A stretch of DNA of 64,000 bases from Euryarchaeota archaeon UBA28 (lineage in GTDB: Archaea > Thermoplasmatota > Poseidoniia > Poseidoniales > Thalassarchaeaceae), in contig DANW01000030.1 in the NCBI GenBank assembly GCA_002501605.1, forward strand, positions 24,553 through 88,552. Direction: 5' to 3'. Below are positions 8,722-18,200 of this stretch, one piece after another (positions within the stretch are counted from its first letter, which is position 1; every line of letters begins with the position of its first letter). Below the pieces are notes generated by a model. It did not search any database and had not been told where the DNA came from. It saw only the letters and a list, made by a program, of their open reading frames with translations. The position numbers and the translations under genes were made by a program.

Positions 8722-10449
8722 TCATCTGTCGTAGTGTTCCCTAATTTTCTGAGCCATTAAAGTGCCTATTCCATTAACCGCCTTCAATTCATCAACACTA
8801 GCATGCTCGATACCCCTGCTCCCACCGAAATGCCTTAGCAGAGACTGTATTTTCTTGGCCCCCAAACCATCAATCTCTTCCAAAGGATCGCTGATTGAGC
8901 TCTTTCGCCTCCTCTTACTGTGGTACTGGTTGACGAATCGATGCGCCTCATCCCTAGAATGTATCAGAACTCTTCCTCGCCTATCCAGAATTACTGGTTC
9001 TTTGCCCTCAATAAAAAGAGTCTCTTCTCTCTTTGCTAGAGCCGCCAACACAAATTTTCCAGATAGATTGTTTTCTATTAGTGACCTAGTAATCGTAGAA
9101 AGGTGGGTCTCCCCTCCATCCAGAAGGAGTAAGTCGGGCCATTCTTTTTGCTTCTTGGCCCATCTTATCACAGACTCCTCCATCATCCTTAGATCATCTT
9201 CCCAATCCCCCCTGATTTTGTAAGTTCTGTACTCCTTCTTAGATGGCCTCCCGTGTCTGAAAACCACCGACGCCCCTACTCTTTCGGAGCCCATTAGCTG
9301 TGCCATGTCGAAGCACACAATATGATTCATAGAACTAATACCAAGCAACTCAGCGCAATCGTTAGCAGCTCTTTGCTCTAGGCTACCAGAGCTGTTCTTC
9401 TGAGCACTCACAACCAGAATCTCCGCATTCCTATCGGCCATCATCCTGAGCTTGGACAAGTCCCCCCTCAGAGGAACCCGGGCCTCAAATGCACCACCTC
9501 TCCTTCCCTTCAACCACATCTTCGTAGCCTCTCCTATTTCCGTGGGAAGAAGAAGGATCTTTGGTGGCCTCCTGTGGGCATAGTGTTCTGATAGAACGAG
9601 TGAAACAGACTCGGAAACATCTCCTCGATGAATCAATGGATATTCGGTCTTGCCTTGTACTACCCCCCCCTTAGCATGCAGAATAACTACAATCCCGGTA
9701 TCTCCGAGAGATGAGAATCCTATTGCATCACAATCTTGGTAGAATCTGCTGTGTATTATCTGATGTGAAAGACTACTCTGAATGGAAGCAATCATGTCTC
9801 TGAAATAGGCCGCTCTCTCATAGTTGAGACTCTCCGATGCCTCGTCCATCTCTTTTTGTAGGGAACGGGTTAGTACAGTCGCGTTACCGTCCAATACGCC
9901 TGTTACCGCTCTAACTATGTTCGGATATCCCTCCGGGTCGTAGCAGGGGCCCTTACAGAGGTTGATGTGCATCGCAAGACAACCCTCATCGCCCTTGCAA
10001 CTCTTGTCTCTTATACCGAATTGCTCCCTAAGTAACTGTATGATTCTCTTGGCGGCTCCGGCGTTGGTGAATGGCCCCCAAGACCTTGAACCTTCAGGGG
10101 GGTGACGAGTGTACATTATCCTCGGGTATTCCTCCTTGGTCAGAGAGATGTAGGGGTAAGACTTGTCATCCTTGAGTCTGGAGTTGAATTTGGGCTTGTG
10201 CTCCTTGATTAGATGTCTCTCCAGAGTCAGAGCTTCTGAGGGACTTTTTGTCACAATGAAGTCTACCTCATCAGCCTGTTCAATCAGTCTCGGTACCATC
10301 ACCCGACCGTCACTCCCAGAGAAGTAAGATGCCACCCTGCTCCTGATTTCAGTAGCCTTACCGACATACATCACCCGACCGTCATTGTTCCTGAATAGGT
10401 ACACTCCAGGCTTGCGCGGGAGGTCCAAAGATCCCTTCTCAACTGCCAT
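8722..10449 (-). CDS. uvrC: Excinuclease ABC subunit C
   Basis: GIY-YIG (PGVYLF...MYVGKA), KPKFNSRLKDDKSYPY, UVR (LNYERAAYFRD), RNase H-like (PDLLLLDGG, RDEAHRF), HhH C-terminus. Confidence 0.96.
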   Translation of the reverse strand: MAVEKGSLDLPRKPGVYLFRNNDGRVMYVGKATEIRSRVASYFSGSDGRVMVPRLIEQADEVDFIVTKSPSEALTLERHLIKEHKPKFNSRLKDDKSYPYISLTKEEYPRIMYTRHPPEGSRSWGPFTNAGAAKRIIQLLREQFGIRDKSCKGDEGCLAMHINLCKGPCYDPEGYPNIVRAVTGVLDGNATVLTRSLQKEMDEASESLNYERAAYFRDMIASIQSSLSHQIIHSRFYQDCDAIGFSSLGDTGIVVILHAKGGVVQGKTEYPLIHRGDVSESVSLVLSEHYAHRRPPKILLLPTEIGEATKMWLKGRRGGAFEARVPLRGDLSKLRMMADRNAEILVVSAQKNSSGSLEQRAANDCAELLGISSMNHIVCFDMAQLMGSERVGASVVFRHGRPSKKEYRTYKIRGDWEDDLRMMEESVIRWAKKQKEWPDLLLLDGGETHLSTITRSLIENNLSGKFVLAALAKREETLFIEGKEPVILDRRGRVLIHSRDEAHRFVNQYHSKRRRKSSISDPLEEIDGLGAKKIQSLLRHFGGSRGIEHASVDELKAVNGIGTLMAQKIREHYDR

Positions 10450-10504
10450 CTTCGTTGATGCGCCGTAGGTCAACGCCCATGAACCCGTGCCTTGCCTCAG
10501 GGCC

Positions 10505-12676
10505 ATGCTCACCAGCTCCCAGATGAGGATCCTCTCTCGGCTGGCAGAGTTTGGTGACCGCTTGGATAAAGCTTGGGACGTCCCCCGAGAGTTGTCATTA
10601 CCGGGACTAGCCGAATCTCTTGGAGTAGTCAGATCCGCATTGCACGCCCCGCTCTCTCAATTGGAATCAGAGGGGCTAATCTCGACTAGAAAGGCACAGG
10701 TGATTGGAGGGGGATCAAGGAAGAGGACGGTGGTGAACATTACAACTGAGGGAAGAAGAGTCATCTCCGAACAAGAACCATCTACTGCTCGGAGGAAAGA
10801 AGGAATAATCGGTCCGGCACCAGATCCCATCGTTATCCATGGTCGATATTCCGAGATTCAAGAAATTTTAGAACTAGTCAAGGAAGGAAGGTCAACAATA
10901 ATTAGTGGACTACCAGGAATCGGCAAGTCAACACTTGCGAGGGCAGTATCTTCTGATCTGGATGACCTAGGATGGACGATTAGATGGGCGAATTGCTCAT
11001 TGGGAACCGATGTAAGGTCAGTTGGAGAAATGTGGTTAGACAAATCTTCCCCCTCGACTATTGAAGCAATAGTTGAAGCCCTCCCCATGAGTAAAACTCT
11101 TCTAGTTCTGGATGAGGCACAGGAATTGCACCCAAGGCATTCGAAGTCTATTGGTGACCTTGTCTCAGAAGCATCATCTCGTTGTCCGGTCCTCCTAGTG
11201 GTAAGAGCCCCAAACCCACTTGAGATTGAGGAGAAATTCTATGATTTACGTCTAGAAGGACTAGAGGCTGAGCATGCAGTAAAACTACTATTCGAAGGGA
11301 CAGATCCAAATACAGCTGAAGCAGTATCAGACTCCCTTGGAGGGCATCCACTAGCAATCAGACTTTGGACTCCAGAAGAGGGAGTTCCCGAGAAAACCAA
11401 AGCAGTTTTGGATTACGTTAAGGACACTGTAATTAGTAGGCTTTCAGAACAGGGCATGAAAACTCTGGACGAATTATCCATTGCACCTTTTCCATTGGGT
11501 TCTGAAGAGCTAAACTCCGAAGCAGGGATTGCAGAGTTAGACAATTCCGCAGTTTTGAAGTGGTCGGATGAGCTAATGGAAACACACCATCTCGTCAGAA
11601 ACGTGAGAAAGGCTACATTGGATCAAGAGACTCTGTCTAGGATGCATCATACCGAAGCTAAGAAGTGGTCAGCCAAAGAGGGCGAAAGGGCTAGGAAGAT
11701 TGAGGCCTATCACAGATCTATGTCAGGTCAAGATGATGATGTAGAATGGATAGAGGAAAACATCAGATTAATTTCCATCCACGATAGCTCGATGGCGACA
11801 GTAGTGATAGAGAACGCATTGAACCTAAATGATAACCAGAAACTAAGAGGCGACGCGGCATTACTCGCATTGGATAGAGGAGAGACAAGGATCGCACAGA
11901 CACATATAGCGAAGATGAATCATGGCCCCTCAAAGAAACTGTTCGAATCAAGACTGGCTAGGATGGATGGTAAGTTATCTGATGCCCAGAGGCTGGAGGA
12001 GGAGGCCATATCTCTGTCCGACCCAAGCCAACGTGCCAGGATCGAGATTTCGTCAGTAATCAGGAGATTCGATGACAGACTCCCCGGGAGGATGAGTAAA
12101 TCAGAGTCCGATGGGATACTAAATCAGATTTCCAGAATCAGATTGGATGAGATTCCATCGGAAGAGAAGGAATCAGCTATCCTGTCTCTGGAGTTGGTAA
12201 AATATGGAATTGCCCTCAATAACTCCGATCTAGCAGGTGCGTCAAAATCTAGAGCGGAGATTGAATCAAGGGTTTCTGGGGAAGATATTATTTTGGATAT
12301 CCTAGATACCAAGGCTGCAATCTCGAGAATAGTGGAAGGTAAATTGTCTGAGGGAGCAATCTCGTCCGCCGAAGACCTAATTTCCAGGATAAGCGATTGT
12401 CCCAGTAGAATAAGTGTCATTCATGCAACGCTCGAAGCAGTAGGGACTGAGATTCCAGATTGGCTCGCTAGTGCCCATAGAGAATCATGTATGTATAATC
12501 TCAGGGAGGATATCCCGTCTCACAGAAGACTGTCTGCACATAGGTGGTACTGGAGGGGAATTATGGAACCATCTAACCGGATCTCACACTGGACCGAGGC
12601 CATAAGCAGATTCAAAGCAGCTGAATGCAGAAATGCTGCCAACGACCTCCTCGCTATGTTGTCCAAGGGAATCTAG
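10505..12676 (+). CDS. Winged-HTH + STAND-type P-loop NTPase with helical (TPR-like) C-terminus
   Basis: N-terminal wHTH (LAESLGVVRSALH), Walker A GLPGIGKST, Walker B LLVLDE, GxP motif GGHPLAI. Confidence 0.8.
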   Translation: MLTSSQMRILSRLAEFGDRLDKAWDVPRELSLPGLAESLGVVRSALHAPLSQLESEGLISTRKAQVIGGGSRKRTVVNITTEGRRVISEQEPSTARRKEGIIGPAPDPIVIHGRYSEIQEILELVKEGRSTIISGLPGIGKSTLARAVSSDLDDLGWTIRWANCSLGTDVRSVGEMWLDKSSPSTIEAIVEALPMSKTLLVLDEAQELHPRHSKSIGDLVSEASSRCPVLLVVRAPNPLEIEEKFYDLRLEGLEAEHAVKLLFEGTDPNTAEAVSDSLGGHPLAIRLWTPEEGVPEKTKAVLDYVKDTVISRLSEQGMKTLDELSIAPFPLGSEELNSEAGIAELDNSAVLKWSDELMETHHLVRNVRKATLDQETLSRMHHTEAKKWSAKEGERARKIEAYHRSMSGQDDDVEWIEENIRLISIHDSSMATVVIENALNLNDNQKLRGDAALLALDRGETRIAQTHIAKMNHGPSKKLFESRLARMDGKLSDAQRLEEEAISLSDPSQRARIEISSVIRRFDDRLPGRMSKSESDGILNQISRIRLDEIPSEEKESAILSLELVKYGIALNNSDLAGASKSRAEIESRVSGEDIILDILDTKAAISRIVEGKLSEGAISSAEDLISRISDCPSRISVIHATLEAVGTEIPDWLASAHRESCMYNLREDIPSHRRLSAHRWYWRGIMEPSNRISHWTEAISRFKAAECRNAANDLLAMLSKGI

Positions 12677-14670
12677 CTTCCTTCCTCGAAGCCATCCTCA
12701 GTAACGATGTCCCCGACTACCTCTTCAATCTCATCGTCCGGGTAGTCTTCACTATCAATCAACCTCTCAAGCTTGGCCCACTGGAATCCTGCTACGATAA
12801 GGGCGACCAAAAGGAGTATTGCGATGAATGACAGAACTCCAAAGATCACCACTCCCATAGAATCCCCCTCGCCAGACTCCTGTGCCTTCTCTTCGCCAAC
12901 GATGTAAATTGCTGTGGCCAAGTTCGTAGAGGACTCGGCCCCAGATATTGCCCTAACCAGAATCACCTGCGACCCCTCGATAGTATTGTTGGGGAGGTAC
13001 TGGAGTCTGTCAACCAGGAGGCTGTGTGAGACTTCAAAATCCGTTTCTCCAGGATTAAACTCAGGGAGGTCCATCCAGTTGTCACGCATGTCCCATGTCC
13101 TCCATTGAACACGTTGTATTCCGCCTTCCAAATTGTAGGAAATGGAATCTCCAGGATTAATCCAGACCCTATTGTCGATACCGTAATCACTTGCCAAGGT
13201 AACATTCAGAGTGAGACTCAGCTCGTAGTTGTAATTCGCAGCCTCTTCGACTGCTGGCTGGGCGTTGACATGTCCGTGACCATACACGTTATTCTGACGA
13301 TTTTTTGGAATTGCATCCTCAGCACAGGGCTCGTTTGCCAACATGTAATGGCATTCTCGATATGTGGCAGTCTCCTGCATTATGTTTCGAATATCAAAGG
13401 GACTCAGATCAGGATTAGCTTGGTACATTAGAACGGCGACACCAGCCGCGCCTGGGGTTGCCATGCTAGTTCCGGAGAGCGCTACATAGCCGTCTCCCGT
13501 ATTTGCGTCTGGGGCATTAACACTACTTCCTACAAATGCCACGTTTGGTTTGACCCTACCCTCCTCTGTCGGGCCTTGGCTTGAATATACAGCGATTGCA
13601 GTATTTTTGTCTAGTGAACCTACGGTAATAACGTCCTCCGCGCTTCCTGGTGTCCCAATCGTTGCGGTCCCTCCACTGTTTCCAGCTGCAATGAAAAGAG
13701 TGACTCCGGCCCTCATCATTTCGTTTGCCATCCTGTTAACCGACTCTTCTTCCGAAGAAGTCCATTCTATTGCTCCTGTGAGAGCTCCTAGACTCATGCT
13801 AGCTGCTCTGATATTGAATTCATGCCTCTTCTCAACAGTCCATTCCATTCCGGCCATGACTGCGGCGAAAGATCCGCTTCCACCACCGTCTAGCACCTTG
13901 ACACCAACCAAATTTGCCCGAGGGGCCACGCCAATGTGCCGGTAATCAGGGGCGCCCGTACCAGCGGTGATACCTGCACAGTGAGTGCCATGCCCGTTGT
14001 CATCATAGGGGAATATCTCCGTTCCATTCGTCGCCCCGGGATTATTTATGGCGTCATAGAATGCTACGATTTTGGGGTCATTTGTCGTGTTGTCATCATC
14101 CAAATCGTCCAGAGCGGTGTGGTTACCGTCGATTCCAGTATCAATTATTGCCATTGTCACTCCTTCACCGGTGTAACCAGTGTCCTGCCATACCAAATCA
14201 ACACCGTGAGCTGGAACGACATCCTCCATCTGAATCCCGAGTATTCCGTCCAGCTCTACGAAAACAACGCCTGGAAGATCGACTAGCTCGTGAATTCTGT
14301 TCAACTCCACGGTCCCTGCGATTGAATCAATTAGCCAGTATCTAAACTCCAACTCGAAGTCGACCTCACTAGACAACATCTTCTCATCATCTTCCGTCGG
14401 GGTGTGATCAAAGTCGACTATGACGGATATTCTGCCATTTTCATCTAGGTAGTCGTGTTGATTGTTCTGGGCTGCAATCCAAATAGCATCATGGACGAAA
14501 TCACCGTCTAAGTCCATACTTGTATCCATCCACCATTTCTCATCCGTGGGCGAATCCTCATTGAATGGAGAGGAACTGGCAGTGACAATGGTTGGAAGAA
14601 GCATCATCAAGAAGAAGACCAATGAGGCCATCTTCCTCCTTGTCTCAGCCTCAAATAACGCACCACTCAT
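12673..14670 (-). CDS. S8 subtilisin-like serine protease, membrane-anchored
   Basis: Triad IDTG / HGTH / GTSMA, oxyanion AAGN, signal peptide, C-terminal TM. Confidence 0.95.
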   Translation of the reverse strand: MSGALFEAETRRKMASLVFFLMMLLPTIVTASSSPFNEDSPTDEKWWMDTSMDLDGDFVHDAIWIAAQNNQHDYLDENGRISVIVDFDHTPTEDDEKMLSSEVDFELEFRYWLIDSIAGTVELNRIHELVDLPGVVFVELDGILGIQMEDVVPAHGVDLVWQDTGYTGEGVTMAIIDTGIDGNHTALDDLDDDNTTNDPKIVAFYDAINNPGATNGTEIFPYDDNGHGTHCAGITAGTGAPDYRHIGVAPRANLVGVKVLDGGGSGSFAAVMAGMEWTVEKRHEFNIRAASMSLGALTGAIEWTSSEEESVNRMANEMMRAGVTLFIAAGNSGGTATIGTPGSAEDVITVGSLDKNTAIAVYSSQGPTEEGRVKPNVAFVGSSVNAPDANTGDGYVALSGTSMATPGAAGVAVLMYQANPDLSPFDIRNIMQETATYRECHYMLANEPCAEDAIPKNRQNNVYGHGHVNAQPAVEEAANYNYELSLTLNVTLASDYGIDNRVWINPGDSISYNLEGGIQRVQWRTWDMRDNWMDLPEFNPGETDFEVSHSLLVDRLQYLPNNTIEGSQVILVRAISGAESSTNLATAIYIVGEEKAQESGEGDSMGVVIFGVLSFIAILLLVALIVAGFQWAKLERLIDSEDYPDDEIEEVVGDIVTEDGFEEGS

Positions 14671-14906
14671 ATCTCAGCACCAATCAGTGTCCTAGTCTCC
14701 GCGATACCCTCTATTGACCTGATTTCCTGAACAACGCACTTGGTCAATTCCTCATCATCCTCTGCTTCGACTTTAACGAAAAGGTCATGCATGCCGAAGA
14801 CAATCCACTGTCCTGAAACGTGCTCTATTTTGGAAACCGCTTCCCTAACAGAGACCTCGGCCCCGGGCTCGGTAGTAATCAGAACAAACCCGACAGCCAT
14901 AATCAC
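14667..14906 (-). CDS. Stand-alone Lrp/AsnC ligand-binding (RAM) domain protein
   Basis: GFVLI...VFGMHDLFVKV...IRSIEGIAETRTLI; no HTH. Confidence 0.85.
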   Translation of the reverse strand: MIMAVGFVLITTEPGAEVSVREAVSKIEHVSGQWIVFGMHDLFVKVEAEDDEELTKCVVQEIRSIEGIAETRTLIGAEI

Positions 14907-15136
14907 ACCTCTACCGCAATTAGAGTCTCAGTCCTGACTACTCCCTCTATCGATCTCATCTGACCTATCAGTGTCCTAGCCATCTGTTGCTCGTCTTCGA
15001 AATCAATGCGAGCAACCAGATCATATTCCCCATAAGAAACATGGGTCTCTGAAACGGCTTCAAGATCCAGAAGTGTTAGGTATACGTCCAATTCTTTCTG
15101 AGGGGCGGTTTTAATCAGGACGAACGCAGTACTCAC
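14903..15136 (-). CDS. Stand-alone Lrp/AsnC ligand-binding (RAM) domain protein
   Basis: AFVLIK...YGEYDLVARI...MRSIEGVVRTETLI; GTG start at 15136 estimated. Confidence 0.85.
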   Translation of the reverse strand: MSTAFVLIKTAPQKELDVYLTLLDLEAVSETHVSYGEYDLVARIDFEDEQQMARTLIGQMRSIEGVVRTETLIAVEV

Positions 15137-15243
15137 AACAACCCCAACTCTCCCCAATACTTCCTGCTTATGACCTCTCCTATCCCATAAACTCCAACTC
15201 AATGGTACGAAGGGATAACATGGAATGAGTCAACCCAAAGCAT

Positions 15244-18200
15244 GTGCGTGTCCCAGACTACAGGCCGAGAATAGCATTCGCTATTGTGGCTTTACTCATT
15301 TTGGTATCATGCTCTAATCTCGTTTCGTCCTCCGAATCAAGAACGACCACTGTTTGGTCTGGAAACGTCATTCTACCCGATGGCTATCTCGTTGATTCGG
15401 GGGAGGTCCTCTCAATCTCTGCTGGGACCACTGTAAGTATCGGATCAGGACATTCACTGGATGTTGATGGAAGAATCATCATCTCAGGCAGTGTTTCATC
15501 TCCGGTGGTCATAAACTCAATTTCTGGGAATCACGAGGGCTTGGTATTCAATTACTCGAGTGACGGCCTCGGATCTAGGGTCGACAACTTATCAGTAGTA
15601 GATTCCAAATACGGCGTAACAATCTATGGTAGCGATCCAGTTATCTCAAATCTGACGGTGAATAACGCTGACAGCGTCGCAGTTGACCTGTATGGGGGCG
15701 CCTCACCCTTAATCGTCGATCTTGTTATTTCGGGCGGAGGGCAAGACGTACACGGATTCTCGACAACATGGAGGTATGGAATAGGCCTATCGATTGGCGC
15801 ATATTCCACACCGATTGTCAGAGGCGCCCAGATTGACGGATTGATTACCAGAGGAGTCAATCATTGGGGGAATTCAGGCGGACTACTGTCAGATCTAGTC
15901 ATCTCAAACATAAGCGGATCTACAATGGCAATCGCCGCAGGAATCTGGGTCGAGGACTCAATTCCCCTGATCGAGGACTCGATAATAAGCAGATCGGACA
16001 ACGGTATATTCGTCAGGCACATCACGGATGGATGGACGACCAGGCCCACCTTTGAGAGCGTAGTTGTAGAAAGCTCGATGTACAGGGGGGTTATGGTTGA
16101 GCAGTACAATCACAGCCAATATTCCAACCTGCCACTGAATGCTATATTCAACGACATTACAGTTAGGGGAACAGGAGGTCCGGGGGCAAAAACATCCGGA
16201 CTTTCTGTGGCAGCATTCGATATCAACACAAGTGGGGTGCACATAGATGTCGGGTTGATAGAAGACAACTCAGCAGTCGGATTGAGAGGTTATATGATAG
16301 ACTCCTCTACGATAATCAACAGACTCAACATAATCGGTAACGGCAACCCATCAGCAATCTCCCCCTACAATGACAGAGCTGGTATGTTCTTCAGAAGCGC
16401 TAACTGGGCTCCTACAGTTAACGACCTAGTTGTTCGTAATTCAACGGGTCCGGGCGTACTACTCTGGAAAGGAGGAATTCAGGGTAGTTACTGGGACATC
16501 AGTAACAATGGAGCCACTGGTTTGGATATCAGAGAGTTTCATCCAGATCTGTTCTTAGTATCCAGTCACAATAACTCAGGTCATGGCGTATCCGTGATTG
16601 ACTCCAGCAATGTCGAGCTAGAGCAGATCCACACCTCTCATAATGGCCTAGGGACCGTCCTCCCGTCTTCTGGAGCGGGCATATACTTTGACGAATCAAA
16701 TGATGTGGTGAGTGCCGGGAAGAATGTCAGTTGCACGAATTGCTCATCATCCCATGATCAGCATGGGGTGGTTATTAGAGATAGTATTGACATATTCCTT
16801 GATGGAATAACGTCAAGAGAACCTCTTTTCGGACCCGCATTGGACATCGACAATAGTGGGATAACAGAGAGGGAGGGAAGGGTCTCACTATCAAATATAA
16901 CCGTATTTCAGAACTCAAGCACTCATTCTGTAGAACTCAATTTGGCAGATGCGACAATCGATAATCTGGAGATTGTCGGCTCCAATTATGGAGTGAAATG
17001 GAGTGCTATCGGAGGCATGACTTCATACCTCAACTCAAGCCTAATCAGGGGTTCACAAGGTTGCATGGAATTGATAGATCATACTGATTTGGTTTCATCA
17101 TCGGTTCTCTTCGAGTGCGAGGGCGCAAATCCCTCTGTTTCCTCCTCCTTCGTTAATTTCACGGACTCCTCTTTTTCTACAGCGTTGGGAATGTCTGAAA
17201 CATTCTCCACTCTTGGTAACTCCCATATCAGGTGGATATCATCGTCGCGGATCGCAACACCCAACTTCACAGGCTCTGACAATATTGTCGATCTAATGTG
17301 GTTCGTAGAAGCGAATGTCGTCAATCAGAATCTCAGGAACATCCCATTCTCAGACGTCAATTTTTCATTCGATCAGCTTGAGATAGAATTCAACCACACC
17401 CTGCCTTATTCGGGCAGGGAAGTAGTCGGGCCTTTCATCGGTCAGAGGTGGACCCCTGTCCAGGGCTGGTCTCAGAATACTACAATGAGCCCAGGGTGTG
17501 ATTATGATGGCGTCCACAATGACTCGGCACCGATTCAGCTAACTTCGGACTCAGTGGTGATTTGTATGGTAGAGATCACCAATCAGCCCCCATTCATTAT
17601 ATGGAGCACTCCAGAAGACGAGTCCGTTTATCCCAGTGGCTCTCCTGTCTATTTCAGAGGGAATGAATCCTGGGACTTGGACGATGATGATCTGAGTTAT
17701 ACTTGGACCAGTAGCATCGATGGAGTACTTGCAATGACTGGGGGCGAAGGGCCCTGTTCAGGGACCGCTGTTGGAAACGCCTCGAGCTTCATGGCCAATG
17801 ACTGGGCAGGAGCTAGCCAATGCCTCTCAGATGGATTACATTTGATTACCCTAGAGGTGTGTGATCCAACTCATTGCATTACAGAGGAGAGAGAAATCGA
17901 ACTGGTAAATCTCCCCCCAGTGCTTTCCGTCGGAACTTCTCCATCCGTCTCTTCATGGGGGACTTTGTACCTAGGGCAAACCGCCAATGTCACGGTCTTT
18001 ATGTCTGGGACCTATGACCCAGAGGGAGATGATTTGGAATGCTGGATAGGCGCCTCTTACGAGGAAAATGCCAGCCTCCCACCCAATCCTCCAAATGGGT
18101 GCCCGCTGGAGTTGAACAGGTCTTTCCCGGGGGCCCCGAGTCAGTTCTCGGTCACCGTCTACGCGTCAGACGGGAACAATCCAGCCTCCACATGGACATT

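Noticed and set aside
10297-10384. Exact 16-bp direct repeat CATCACCCGACCGTCA (10297-10312 and 10369-10384) in uvrC
   Set aside because: Only two copies, both in frame (DGRVM) in an intact GIY-YIG domain; not CRISPR-like and no inserted element
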